Below are positions 17,703 through 27,752 of a stretch of DNA of 64,000 nt, one piece after another. Origin of the DNA: an uncultured Thermoplasmata archaeon (GTDB lineage: Archaea > Thermoplasmatota > Thermoplasmata > UBA10834). Position 1 is the first letter of the stretch; every line of letters starts with the position of its first letter. The DNA lies in assembly GCA_963719945.1 (NCBI GenBank), contig CAVRDX010000001.1, positions 704,001 to 768,000 of the forward strand, in the 5' to 3' direction. The translations under genes and the position numbers were made by a program. The notes below the pieces were generated by a model. The model had not been told where the DNA came from. It made no database searches and saw only the letters and a program-made list of their open reading frames with translations.

Positions 17703-20039
17703 ATGACCGCTAGCAGGCTTTATGCTCGTCGAGATGTCCCGTTCGAACTCACGGACATCAATCTCAAGGATGCGACCGACGAAGAGCTCCTGGACATCAG
17801 CAGCGAGAGCGGGACCGGTCTGTCGCTGGACGAGATGCACCGGGTAAGGGAGTATTTCATCGGAAAGGGCCGTAACCCGACCGATGTTGAGCTCCAGTCA
17901 ATCGGCCAGGCATGGAGCGAACATTGTTGTTACAAGAGTTCGAAGGTATTCTTGAAGGAGTATGTATTCGGCATCAATACCCGGCATGTCATCGACCGAG
18001 GGGATGCTGGAGTCATGGAATTCGACAGGGACCACGCGTATGCCCTGAGGGTTGAGAGCCACAATCACCCGAGTGCGGTCGAGCCCTACGGTGGAGCAGC
18101 GACCGGTATCGGTGGCATAATCCGCGACGTCCTGTGCATGGGAGCTCAACCCATTGCATTGGTTGACCCTCTTTACTTTGGCCCACTTGACCTTCCATTC
18201 AACAAACTGCCGCCAGGGATCAAACATCCAAAGTACCTGTTCAGCGGAGTGGTCGCAGGGATAAGGGATTATGGGAACAGGGTGGGACTCCCGACCGTTT
18301 CTGGCGGAGTCTGGTTCGATGACGGCTATATCGGGAACTGCCTGGTCAATGTCGGATGCGTTGGCATCGCCGACAAGAAAGACATCCGCAGGAATGCGGT
18401 CAGGGGGCCGGGAGACATACTCGTCCTCGTAGGAGGACGGACCGGGCGGGATGGCATACACGGAGTCACATTTGCTTCGGCCGTGCTCACGAAGGAGAGC
18501 GAGACCGAATCCAGGGGAGCCGTCCAGCTGGGCGACCCGATCACGAAGGAGCCGGTCATACATGCGGTGCTGGAAGCGAATGAGAGAGGATTGATCAATG
18601 GCATGAAGGACCTCGGCGGAGGAGGCCTGTCATGCGTCGTCGGCGAGATAGCACTCTCAGGAGGCTGTGGCGCCGATGTGGAGCTATCGAAGGTTCCGCT
18701 CAAGGAGGATGGCCTCGCGCCATGGGAGATATGGGTCTCAGAATCACAGGAACGCATGATGCTTTCCGTATCACCCAAGAACCTCGAGGACTTGCTCCAT
18801 GTATTCAAGAAATGGGATGTGCTGGCGACCCCCGTCGCCAAAGTCATCCCCGAGAAGGTAGTGAGACTCGTATTCCAAGGCACGAAGGTCTTCGATGTCG
18901 AACTGGAGTTCCTTACCACGGGGCCCCTCTACTGCAGACCGTGCAGCATAGCGAGTGAGAAGAGGCCCAGAAAAGAAAAACATCCGAAGGCGAAGCTGAG
19001 ATACGACCGGGAACTACTCAAGCTCCTGTCGACCCCCAACATATGCAGCAAGGAGTGGGTCATCAGACAGTACGATCACGAGGTCCGAGCGAACACGGTC
19101 ATAAAACCGTTGCATGGAGAGATCGGACATTGGAGCCACGGCGACGCGTCAGTCATGAAACCTGTCGAAGAATCGTTCAGGGGTCTGGCGATCGCCACTG
19201 CATCGAACCCATACGCTGTCGGAGCCGACCCGTATAGAGGCGGGAAGACTTGTGTGGATGAAGTGTGTAGAAACCTGGCAGCTGTTGGTGCGAGACCGCA
19301 TTCCATGACCGATTGCCTCAATTTCGGAAACCCGGAGAAGCCCGATAGACTCTGGGCTTTCAGGGAGGCGGTCAAGGGAATAGGCGAGGTCGCCGGAGCG
19401 CTGAACATCCCGATACCGTCAGGCAACGTCAGCTTCTACAACGAATCACAGACAGGATCCGTTCTCCCGACGCCTACGATAATGGGGTGTGGGATAGTGC
19501 GAGACATACGCAAATGTGTCACATCTGACCTCAAGGAAGAAGGAAACAGCATAGCCCTCATAGGCACGACATCGCCCGAGATGGGCGCATCTTCATACTA
19601 TCGAATGACCAAGAACTGGTCCAAGAACGTGCCTGACGTCGATATCGCATCCCTCAAGGCGGGCATAGAAGTGGTCGTCGGAGGCATAGAACGAGGAGCC
19701 ATAGTCTCCTGCCACGACATCTCTGACGGCGGACTGGCAGTGGCGCTAGCAGAGATGTGCATAGGTGGGAATATAGGATGCCAAGTCGACCTGACTAGAC
19801 TAGGGGATATGAGGAACGATGCCAAGCTCTTCTCCGAGAGCAACAGTCGGTGGCTGGTCGAACTCAGAAAGGGCAAGGAGAAGCTGATGCCGAAGGACAG
19901 GAAGGCAAAGATGACAAAGATCGGCTCGGTCCAGGGAGATTCCCTATTCATATCATCATCCGACAAGACACTCATAGAGCTCGGAACCGACAAGATCGCC
20001 AAGAGCTTCAACGAACCGCTCTGGAGGCTGGTAGGATGA
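17703..20039 (+). CDS. purL: FGAM synthase subunit PurL
   Basis: WSEHCCYKSS, ESHNHPSAVEPYGGAATG, SESQERM, DCLNFGNPE. Confidence 0.97.
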   Translation: MTASRLYARRDVPFELTDINLKDATDEELLDISSESGTGLSLDEMHRVREYFIGKGRNPTDVELQSIGQAWSEHCCYKSSKVFLKEYVFGINTRHVIDRGDAGVMEFDRDHAYALRVESHNHPSAVEPYGGAATGIGGIIRDVLCMGAQPIALVDPLYFGPLDLPFNKLPPGIKHPKYLFSGVVAGIRDYGNRVGLPTVSGGVWFDDGYIGNCLVNVGCVGIADKKDIRRNAVRGPGDILVLVGGRTGRDGIHGVTFASAVLTKESETESRGAVQLGDPITKEPVIHAVLEANERGLINGMKDLGGGGLSCVVGEIALSGGCGADVELSKVPLKEDGLAPWEIWVSESQERMMLSVSPKNLEDLLHVFKKWDVLATPVAKVIPEKVVRLVFQGTKVFDVELEFLTTGPLYCRPCSIASEKRPRKEKHPKAKLRYDRELLKLLSTPNICSKEWVIRQYDHEVRANTVIKPLHGEIGHWSHGDASVMKPVEESFRGLAIATASNPYAVGADPYRGGKTCVDEVCRNLAAVGARPHSMTDCLNFGNPEKPDRLWAFREAVKGIGEVAGALNIPIPSGNVSFYNESQTGSVLPTPTIMGCGIVRDIRKCVTSDLKEEGNSIALIGTTSPEMGASSYYRMTKNWSKNVPDVDIASLKAGIEVVVGGIERGAIVSCHDISDGGLAVALAEMCIGGNIGCQVDLTRLGDMRNDAKLFSESNSRWLVELRKGKEKLMPKDRKAKMTKIGSVQGDSLFISSSDKTLIELGTDKIAKSFNEPLWRLVG

Positions 20040-20866
20040 AGATCTCGCAAGTCAAGGTATGCGTCCTCAGGATAGAGGGCACAAACTGCGAGGAGGAGAT
20101 GTTCCTCTCGTTCAAGAGGCTTGGAGCTAAGCCCGAAAAGGTCCACCTGAAACAACTGACGGGTACCGATGTCACCCCTGAGGAGAAGAGGTCTCTCTCG
20201 GACTATCACATATTAGCACTTCCAGGTGGTTTCTCGGCCGGAGACTACGTGCGCGCAGGCGCCATATTTGCCGCGCGCATGAAGAGCAGACTCTCCGGGG
20301 ACCTGGTAGATTTCGTCAAGTCCGGGAAACCCGTGCTTGGGATATGCAACGGATTCCAGATACTCGTGGAGCTTGGGCTCCTGCCCGCAATGTCTGGCAT
20401 CATGTCAGATGTCCCAGAGGCAGTGCTCGGAACCAACGATTCCGCAAGGTTCGAGTGCAGGCCTACACTCCTGAAGAAGGTGAACAGGGGCAGCTGCGTG
20501 TTCACCACCAAGATACCGGCCGATAAGATATCCATGATCCCCTCGGCGCATGCAGAAGGGAAGCTCATGTTCTCCATGGAGAACCAGACAAAGATATTGA
20601 AAGAGCTCGAGGACAACGATCAGATCGTGTTCAAGTATGTGGACCCAGAAGGGAACATCGCTGGATACCCATGGTGCCCGAACGGTGCCACTGATAACAT
20701 CGCTGGAATATGCAACAAAGACGGCACGGTATTCGGCATGATGCCCCATCCCGAGAGGGTATTCTTCAGATACTCCCATCCAGACTGGACGCGAAATCCA
20801 GATGGACCTGGAGATGGACGAGCGTTCTTTGAATCCGTCCTAGAATACGCTTCGAAAAAGCTCTGA
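20036..20866 (+). CDS. purQ: FGAM synthase glutaminase subunit PurQ
   Basis: GTNCE, PGGFSAGDY, GICNGFQ, MMPHPER. Confidence 0.96.
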   Translation: MKISQVKVCVLRIEGTNCEEEMFLSFKRLGAKPEKVHLKQLTGTDVTPEEKRSLSDYHILALPGGFSAGDYVRAGAIFAARMKSRLSGDLVDFVKSGKPVLGICNGFQILVELGLLPAMSGIMSDVPEAVLGTNDSARFECRPTLLKKVNRGSCVFTTKIPADKISMIPSAHAEGKLMFSMENQTKILKELEDNDQIVFKYVDPEGNIAGYPWCPNGATDNIAGICNKDGTVFGMMPHPERVFFRYSHPDWTRNPDGPGDGRAFFESVLEYASKKL

Positions 20867-20873
20867 AGACCGA

Positions 20874-21530
20874 TCACAATGAGACTATGAGTTCTACCTG
20901 GTCTCCGTCCTTCAGGCCGAGAGAGCGTCTCAGATGGTACTTGCAGATTACCTCTATGATATCTATGTGGTGAGAGCGCACAGGCAGAACGACCGCGCAT
21001 TCCATGTTCCTGATCGTCGCAAGGAAACACTTGACATCCCCGAAGGTCCTTCCCTCCTTCTCGAACCCCTTGATGAGGATCCCTTCGGACTTCTTCAGTA
21101 TCTCGAGCTTGGATAGCTCGTGCTGGTCGGTCCTGAGGTTCAAAGTGCCTTCATATGGCTTGAACCATAGTTTCTTCTGAAACTGCTCGGTGTAACCTTC
21201 CTGATTGACATAGTATTGACCTTCGCCGATACCAGATGTTATGGTGCCGAGGATTACCAGATGGTCCTTCATCTCGAATATCCTCTGATAATCCGAGTAT
21301 TCCTTTCTCAGGAGGTCGAACCCCTTGTCTGTAAGCTTGATCCTCTGCCTCCTCGCGCCGAGGTCCCGTTCGATCAGGCCCTCGCCCAGGAGTTCAAGGA
21401 TCTTCTTAGAAGCGGACTGTTGACTTATCTCGAGCACGTTTCCGAGCTCGCGAGAGGAAATCGCAATGTAATCATGCACACCGCCCATGAGGGCTATGTG
21501 CTTGAGCGTCGCAATCTGCTTTTCATGCAT
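20874..21530 (-). CDS. HTH-fused CTP-dependent riboflavin kinase/regulator (RbkR type)
   Basis: N-terminal HTH ISQQSASKKI; SGIGEGQYY, PYEGTLN, GRTFG, LR..LGLKDGD. Confidence 0.9.
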   Translation of the reverse strand: MHEKQIATLKHIALMGGVHDYIAISSRELGNVLEISQQSASKKILELLGEGLIERDLGARRQRIKLTDKGFDLLRKEYSDYQRIFEMKDHLVILGTITSGIGEGQYYVNQEGYTEQFQKKLWFKPYEGTLNLRTDQHELSKLEILKKSEGILIKGFEKEGRTFGDVKCFLATIRNMECAVVLPVRSHHIDIIEVICKYHLRRSLGLKDGDQVELIVSL

Positions 21531-21635
21531 GGCGTTTTCCGATAAGCGATGGTCGATAAATAGCTTTTCGACGAATGACCGTGTGACCTCTGAGGAGAAT
21601 TGAGCGATAATCGTCAGAAATGCCGCACAACATCG

Positions 21636-22004
21636 TTATTCTATCCCGTGCGGATTGAATATCAAATATCTGCCCGATCTGAGGCGCACGACAGGTATGT
21701 TCTCTGCCCTCAGACGAGAGATGAGCTCACGATCGTTCGTCAGCACAGCGGCGGAACGGTCTCTTGCGACGGATAGAACAGCATCGTCCCCACGCATCGA
21801 TGTCTCCACGATGACATACTTCTTGGCCAGGGCCATGGCAGCCTTTGCATGCTTGTCATGGATGTTCGACAGTTCACCTATGACCGAGCTCGGCACCAGG
21901 ACCGGGATCTCACCGAAAAGCCGCTTAAGCTCTCTATCCAGATGTATCTTGAACTGAAAAGGCATCAACAACGCGTTGGCATCGAGTACGACTGAGCTTA
22001 TCAT
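21636..22004 (-). CDS. PIN-domain protein (Fcf1/Utp24-like)
   Basis: VVLDANALLMPFQF, V..EL, GDD, TNDRELI; directly downstream of aIF2gamma. Confidence 0.88.
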   Translation of the reverse strand: MISSVVLDANALLMPFQFKIHLDRELKRLFGEIPVLVPSSVIGELSNIHDKHAKAAMALAKKYVIVETSMRGDDAVLSVARDRSAAVLTNDRELISRLRAENIPVVRLRSGRYLIFNPHGIE

Positions 22005-22014
22005 CCAAATCACC

Positions 22015-23250
22015 TCAGGAGGTGACTGTGCCGTAGCCGATGAGCCGCCATTTGCCGGTTATGCGCCTTGAGATAGCTATCCTCTGGCCCTTCTCCGCGC
22101 ATACTGGGATCTTCAAAGAAATATCGGCGGAATCGGTCCTTCCGCTCGTGACGACTCCCACGGTTGTAGCTGTACCCACGCTCAGCATGAGAGGCTCATT
22201 CGTCTTGAGATTCTCAACGGCCAGCTCAGATGAGACTCCGACGACACGCTTCATCAGAGTGGTTTCTATCGTGAAGGAATTACGGATCTCTGGCAGGGTC
22301 TTTGGTATGCCAGCTATCCGACCGACTAGAGAATCCGATTTCGTGACGACTGGATCGAGCCCGGTGCCGATTGCGATGAGGCCACCTGGACCTGCTTCCT
22401 CCAGTTTGAGACTTCCTGCGAACAGGGATCGAACCTGCGTGACTATCGGCTCCCAAGTCACCCCTTTGCTCGTCTCCACCTTCCGCCCTGGACGTACTTC
22501 GATATCGTCGCCGACGCGGAGCTTGCCCTGGATAAGAGAACCACCAATGACACCCCCTCTGAGCTTGTCTATCTTCGTGCCTGGAGGGTTCACGTCGAAC
22601 GACCTTGCGATGTACATCCTTGCGGGCTTGTTGAGATCCCATTTGGGAGTCGGGATGTTCTTCTCGATCGCCATTATTAGCATGTCGATGTTGACATCGT
22701 GATGTGCAGAGATCGGGATGATAGGTGCGTTCTCGGCGAATGTGCCCTTAACGAACGCCTTGATCTCCTTGTAGTTCGCTCTTGCCTCCTCCTTGGAGAC
22801 AAGGTCGATCTTGTTCTGGACCAGTATGATTTTTTCAACGCCGATTATTGACAGCGCCATCAGATGCTCCCTGGTCTGTGGCTGGGGGCAACTCTCGTTA
22901 GCTGCTATCAGCAACAGCGCGCCGTTCATTATCGCTGCGCCGGACAACATGGTGGCCATGAGTGTCTCGTGGCCGGGTGCGTCAACGAAGGACACGGTCC
23001 TCAGCATCTCGCACTCGCCGCCGCAGCTCGCGCACGTCGGCTTGTTGGAATAACATTCTGGCTCGCTGCAAGTCTTGCATTTGTAGAACGCGGTATCGGC
23101 ATAGCCGAGCCTTATCGATATGCCCCTCTTGACTTCCTCAGAATGACGGTCAGTCATCTCCCCTGTCAGAGCCTTCGTCAGCATAGTCTTGCCATGGTCG
23201 ACGTGGCCGATCATGCCAATGTTGGTCTCGGGTTGGGATGGGACAATCAT
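22015..23250 (-). CDS. eif2g: Translation initiation factor 2 gamma subunit
   Basis: [34 protein letters not shown]. Confidence 0.97.
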   Translation of the reverse strand: MIVPSQPETNIGMIGHVDHGKTMLTKALTGEMTDRHSEEVKRGISIRLGYADTAFYKCKTCSEPECYSNKPTCASCGGECEMLRTVSFVDAPGHETLMATMLSGAAIMNGALLLIAANESCPQPQTREHLMALSIIGVEKIILVQNKIDLVSKEEARANYKEIKAFVKGTFAENAPIIPISAHHDVNIDMLIMAIEKNIPTPKWDLNKPARMYIARSFDVNPPGTKIDKLRGGVIGGSLIQGKLRVGDDIEVRPGRKVETSKGVTWEPIVTQVRSLFAGSLKLEEAGPGGLIAIGTGLDPVVTKSDSLVGRIAGIPKTLPEIRNSFTIETTLMKRVVGVSSELAVENLKTNEPLMLSVGTATTVGVVTSGRTDSADISLKIPVCAEKGQRIAISRRITGKWRLIGYGTVTS

Positions 23251-23645
23251 TATTCCTTCTTCTCCTCGGTCTTCATGAGCTCAGCTGTGGGCTTCATGCC
23301 ATGGGCGGTGATCTTGAAGTTTATCTGGATAGTGTCCGGGGCGATGGTGTTGCCACGAACATTCTTCTTCTTCCGGAGACCGCCCTCCTGCGCGTTGAAA
23401 CCTATGCTCTTCGAGATGAGGAGCTTCTTTCTTCTTGGACCGGGCAGGTCCTTCCTCATGGGGAACCCGTCCTTATCGCTACCACCGGTGATCTGGAGCT
23501 TGTACCCGGGAAGGCCCACAAATATCCCGTCGATGACTTCGCCTATCTTCTTGCCGATCAAGGAGTTCGCATGATGTCCTGCCACGGCTGCCTGATATGA
23601 CTTACCATCTTTGGGGTCGCTGATGACGGCTTTGAATTCTGCCAA
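23250..23645 (-). CDS. rps6e: 30S ribosomal protein S6e
   Basis: [20 protein letters not shown]; TTG start. Confidence 0.96.
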   Translation of the reverse strand: MAEFKAVISDPKDGKSYQAAVAGHHANSLIGKKIGEVIDGIFVGLPGYKLQITGGSDKDGFPMRKDLPGPRRKKLLISKSIGFNAQEGGLRKKKNVRGNTIAPDTIQINFKITAHGMKPTAELMKTEEKKE

Positions 23646-23806
23646 AGAATCAACTCCACTTTTGCAAGACGCCCTAATGCGAAAGGGATTATATAGGTTT
23701 CGGGGGCGGTAGATGACTCTGGTTGCCCCTGATCGGTTCCAATGAAAACCGGATTAGTCGATACGGTTAAGCTAATAACGATAGATGCGAGTGCTGCAGT
23801 GATCAT

Positions 23807-24133
23807 ATGATGAGGATCTCAAGAGAAGCTCTCAAGGAAATGATCGATCGCAATGAAGATCAGTTCACACTCGTAGATGCGCGCGAAGAAAGGGCGTTCG
23901 AGAAGGAACACATTCCGGGAGCAATATCCATCCCATCCAGCCAGCTGGGTGAGAACGCCCTTGGACGCCTGGGCAAGGATCAGACCATCGTCACTTATTG
24001 TTCGAACACCCAGTGCGAGGCGAGCACCATCGCGGCCGAGAAACTCGAGAAATACGGATACGAGAGGGTGATGGTGTTCAAGGGAGGGTTGAAGAACTGG
24101 AAGGATGCGGGATATGCGACTGAGACGGCTTGA
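23807..24133 (+). CDS. Single-domain rhodanese-like protein
   Basis: LVDARE, EHIPGAISIP, YCSNTQC, GGLKNW. Confidence 0.9.
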   Translation: MMRISREALKEMIDRNEDQFTLVDAREERAFEKEHIPGAISIPSSQLGENALGRLGKDQTIVTYCSNTQCEASTIAAEKLEKYGYERVMVFKGGLKNWKDAGYATETA

Positions 24134-25888
24134 TCATCGGCCCCAGAACGGCTTGTCCTTCCTCTTTATCTCGGCGATCTTCTCGAAGACCTCTATCTCG
24201 TCCTGCTTCAGCCCGAACTTCTCAAGCTGGAGAGCATGGCTCCCAGGTATGTCGACATAGAGAATATCCTCGACATCGATCTGCCTGCCCACCGTGACAT
24301 CGTCGATCGCTATGGCCACTTCGCTGCCGGCCAGGGCCTCCGGAACCGAATTCTCGCCGCTCCGGATGCTCTTTATCTTGCCTATCGGGCGTCCGTCGTC
24401 CTTCATCAGACCATGACCCGACCGAATCCGTCCTGCGAGCACTCTGACACCGACAATCGCGGGTTTGCTCACGCGGAACACATGATCCCTCAGTATCAGG
24501 ATCTTTCCTGGGAAGACTATCTCGAGACGCTTTTCCACCTCGAGCGCGCGTGACCGCACCTCGCACCACGCCTTGTACTCATCCAGCAGGCGGTAGATGA
24601 CAGCGTTCTCGAACATCCTGACCCCTGTGGAGTCCAGCTCAGCCTGAACATCGGGGTTCGATCCCGCATTGAAATTGAATATGACCCTGTGGAGAGGGTC
24701 CTCGAAGTTCGATGCTTCCATGACATCCTTCCTCGTCACCTTTCCTATGCCGACCTTCCGTATGGGCAGTTCCGCATTCTTCGCCTCGAAGACGAGCGCT
24801 TCGAGCGACCCTATCGCATCCCCGCGGACGATGATGCCCTCACTAGCCAGCTCCACATTCAGTTCGCTGACCTTTCTGACCGCGTCCATCAGCTCCTCGA
24901 CGTTCTCGTTCGCGACGCGTAGGATACCACCAGCCATGGAATTCTCGAGGTTCTGGGCAACTATCCGTATCCCAGCTGCTGCGGATACCGTTTTGACCTG
25001 GTCGAATCTCTGCGAAGGATCTCTGATCTCATCCAGAGGTCTAGGTCTCAGCAGGGCCCGCACCTTGGTGAGTATCGGATCGCCTTTGACGGAAGTGATC
25101 AGGATCTGATCGCCGACATTGATGATACCTTTGTAGATGATGGTGTCCAATATGGTCCCAAGGCCCTGTTCCTCCTTTACTTCGAGCACTGTGCCTTCAG
25201 CAGGGCCATACTCGGTCTTCAGCTCGACGTCCAGGAACTTCTGGGCGAGTCCAACGAGCATCAGCAGCAGGTCCGGCAATCCCTCGCCATGCTTCCCACT
25301 TACCGGGACTATGGCGACGCTCTTGGTGAAATCGGTTATGTGATCGAACCGTTCGGCGCTCAGCCCGGTCTTCTCGAATATCTTCCCAGCGATGTTGTAT
25401 ATGCGCTGGTCCATATCCTCGACGACCCTTGGGTCCTGGAGAGCCAGAGATTCAGCAATCGTCATATCCGCGTGCACACGCCAGCCCATGAGACGGTCGA
25501 CTTTGTTGGCCGCTATAACGAACGGAGTGCGCAATTTCTTCAGGATATTGATCGACTCGAGTGTCTGCGGCTTCATGCCCTCGTTGATATCGATCACGAG
25601 GATTGCTAGGTCGGCCAACGCCCCCCCTCGGGTTCTGAGAGATGCGAATGAATAGTGTCCGGGTGTGTCGATGAACAGAAGACCTGGCACCATGAACTTT
25701 CTGTCACCAATGAGTGGACGACAGAGCTCGTAGATGGTCTCTATCGGAACATCCGTCGCACCTATGTGTTGGGTGATCCCGCCCGCCTCGCGGGACACCA
25801 CCTTGGTGCCCCTGATTCTGTCAAGGATAGTAGATTTGCCATGGTCAACATGGCCCATGACCGAAACTATGGGCTGCCGTATCGTCAC
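24134..25888 (-). CDS. infB: Translation initiation factor aIF5B
   Basis: RQPIVSVMGHVDHGKS, EAGGITQHIGA, DTPGH, NKVD; no intein seen. Confidence 0.97.
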   Translation of the reverse strand: MTIRQPIVSVMGHVDHGKSTILDRIRGTKVVSREAGGITQHIGATDVPIETIYELCRPLIGDRKFMVPGLLFIDTPGHYSFASLRTRGGALADLAILVIDINEGMKPQTLESINILKKLRTPFVIAANKVDRLMGWRVHADMTIAESLALQDPRVVEDMDQRIYNIAGKIFEKTGLSAERFDHITDFTKSVAIVPVSGKHGEGLPDLLLMLVGLAQKFLDVELKTEYGPAEGTVLEVKEEQGLGTILDTIIYKGIINVGDQILITSVKGDPILTKVRALLRPRPLDEIRDPSQRFDQVKTVSAAAGIRIVAQNLENSMAGGILRVANENVEELMDAVRKVSELNVELASEGIIVRGDAIGSLEALVFEAKNAELPIRKVGIGKVTRKDVMEASNFEDPLHRVIFNFNAGSNPDVQAELDSTGVRMFENAVIYRLLDEYKAWCEVRSRALEVEKRLEIVFPGKILILRDHVFRVSKPAIVGVRVLAGRIRSGHGLMKDDGRPIGKIKSIRSGENSVPEALAGSEVAIAIDDVTVGRQIDVEDILYVDIPGSHALQLEKFGLKQDEIEVFEKIAEIKRKDKPFWGR

Positions 25889-25996
25889 GGATTCGCCAAT
25901 CACCCGACGGTATATCAATGTAACTCGGGACTATGCCTGGCTAGCGCTTCATCGAAGACGGTCAAAAACATGTAAGTAAACGGTTTATGGGGTTTG

Positions 25997-26452
25997 TCAC
26001 TTCTCGAACAGCCAACCCTCATCAGCGATTTCGTGCTTCTGAAGCTCGTAATCGTTGAAGAAGAGTTTGATCTCGCGCTTGGCACTCTCGGACGAATCTG
26101 ACCCGTGTATGATGTTCCTGCCAGTCACCTGACCGAAATCCCCTCGGATAGTCCCTGGTGCGGCGTCCTGCGGGTTCGTCTTGCCCATCATGGCCCTTGA
26201 GGCAGCAACACAGTTCTCGCCTTCGAGCACCATGCATACGACCGGACCGGATGTGATATAGGTCAGGAGATCGTCGAAGAATGCTTTTCCCTTGTGCTCC
26301 TCGTAATGCCTCTCCGCGAGCTCTCTGGGTATCCGCATCATCTTCATGGCGACGATCTTGATGCCTCGGTCCTCGAATCTCTGGACGATGCTGCCGATCA
26401 GACCTCGGGAGACACCATCGGGCTTGACCATTGCGAATGTCTTTTCGATCAT
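25997..26452 (-). CDS. ndk: Nucleoside diphosphate kinase
   Basis: [22 protein letters not shown]. Confidence 0.97.
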   Translation of the reverse strand: MIEKTFAMVKPDGVSRGLIGSIVQRFEDRGIKIVAMKMMRIPRELAERHYEEHKGKAFFDDLLTYITSGPVVCMVLEGENCVAASRAMMGKTNPQDAAPGTIRGDFGQVTGRNIIHGSDSSESAKREIKLFFNDYELQKHEIADEGWLFEK

Positions 26453-26871
26453 TCGCTCTTGTCCTCCGCTTTAGCGCCCTTGGACGCAGGGGTCTTCTTG
26501 CTCTTCTTGCCATCATCCTTCTTGGGCGTTTTGACTGCAGCCGCGGCCTTCTCAATCGTCTCAGTCTTCTCAGGGGTCTCCTCTGCCTCGGCCTCTTTCG
26601 GCTCGTCCTTTGCCTCGGCATTCTTGACCTTCTTCACCTTTCGCGTCTTGGCCTCGACCGCTTCGGGCGCCGACTTGAGCCTCAGACCCTTCTCCCGATC
26701 ATAGTACCTTGTCCAAGTTGTCCTGCGCGGAACTCTTCCCAGGTGCACCAGGTTCTTGTGACACTTGGACGAACAGAAGTTATAGATGACGCCGTCCTTC
26801 TTGATATACATGCTACCAGTGCCAGGTTCTATCTCGACACCGCAGAATGTGCAGACTCTTCGCTCTACCAT
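26449..26871 (-). CDS. rpl24e: 50S ribosomal protein L24e with charged C-terminal tail
   Basis: CTFCG..IEPGTG, FCSSKC. Confidence 0.95.
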   Translation of the reverse strand: MVERRVCTFCGVEIEPGTGSMYIKKDGVIYNFCSSKCHKNLVHLGRVPRRTTWTRYYDREKGLRLKSAPEAVEAKTRKVKKVKNAEAKDEPKEAEAEETPEKTETIEKAAAAVKTPKKDDGKKSKKTPASKGAKAEDKSE

Positions 26872-26903
26872 CGTGAATCACCTCATAGACGGAATGTACT
26901 AAC

Positions 26904-27116
26904 TCAGCGCACGCTGAGCTTCTTAGCTTCCCTCGAGGTCTCCTTGAGCATCAGCACGTCGCCGACCCTTATCGGACCCATGGCGTTCCTCGTTATGATC
27001 CTGCCCTTGTCCCTACCGTCCAGGACCCTAACCTTCACCTGGGTCGCCTCGCCGGTCATGCCGGTCCTTCCAACGACCTCGACAACAGTTGCTGGTATGC
27101 TATCCATGTCAGCCAT
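26904..27116 (-). CDS. rps28e: 30S ribosomal protein S28e
   Basis: [21 protein letters not shown]. Confidence 0.96.
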   Translation of the reverse strand: MADMDSIPATVVEVVGRTGMTGEATQVKVRVLDGRDKGRIITRNAMGPIRVGDVLMLKETSREAKKLSVR

Positions 27117-27125
27117 TTAGGCCAC

Positions 27126-27497
27126 CTACTTCTTCAGCGCCTTCAGCTTCTCTGCGAGTTCGTCGAGCGCGGGCTTTCCCTTTGCCGGGTCGAGAACAGC
27201 GACGGCTGCCGTCGGCTTCTCCAATCCGCATGCGTTACCCAGCTCGGCCTTGCTCGGCACGAAGGCGTATGGAACGTTCTTCTCTTCACAAAGCGCGGGT
27301 ATGTGCATGAGTATCTCGGGCGGTGAGACGTCCTCGGCCATTATGACCATCTGAGTCTCGCCCCTCTCGATGAGCTTCGTGACTTCGTTCGTACCCTTTC
27401 TCAGCTTGCCGCCATCGCGCGCAAGCTCGACAATCTCATATGCCTGGTCTGCAAGTTCCTTCGGCGTCTCGAACTTGACATACACTGCTTTAGCCAA
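27126..27497 (-). CDS. rpl7ae: 50S ribosomal protein L7Ae
   Basis: KGTNEVTK..ERG, AEDVSPPEI; TTG start after AGGAGGT. Confidence 0.96.
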   Translation of the reverse strand: MAKAVYVKFETPKELADQAYEIVELARDGGKLRKGTNEVTKLIERGETQMVIMAEDVSPPEILMHIPALCEEKNVPYAFVPSKAELGNACGLEKPTAAVAVLDPAKGKPALDELAEKLKALKK

Positions 27498-27503
27498 TTT
27501 GAT

Positions 27504-27542
27504 ACCTCCTTCAGGTGCATTCGCACCGTCATCATTCACAGG
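27504..27542 (-). promoter_or_regulatory. K-turn/K-loop in the L7Ae 5' UTR (autoregulatory element)
   Basis: Box C AUGAUGA (27529-27535), stem GGUGC-GAAU-GCACC, box D CUGA (27511-27514) abutting AGGAGGU. Confidence 0.8.
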
Positions 27543-27752
27543 CTCTTCTTGAAAAGAGCAAGGTGATTAAAGGATGGTCATATAAAAGGATTGCTGAACT
27601 TACTCCTGATGTCAGGCATGCTCCAGAGGTTTCATAGATGTACCTCCATAAGAAATGATTGGATATGAGTCTCCAGAGGCTTGCGCCGACTCATTCAGCC
27701 GCCTTGCGATGAAACTATATCGCCGAGGGGCATCCCCTAAAGGGTGTGGCAG

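Noticed and set aside
26449-26700. Lys/Glu/Ala-rich tail of L24e
   Set aside because: Low-complexity tails are common on archaeal ribosomal proteins
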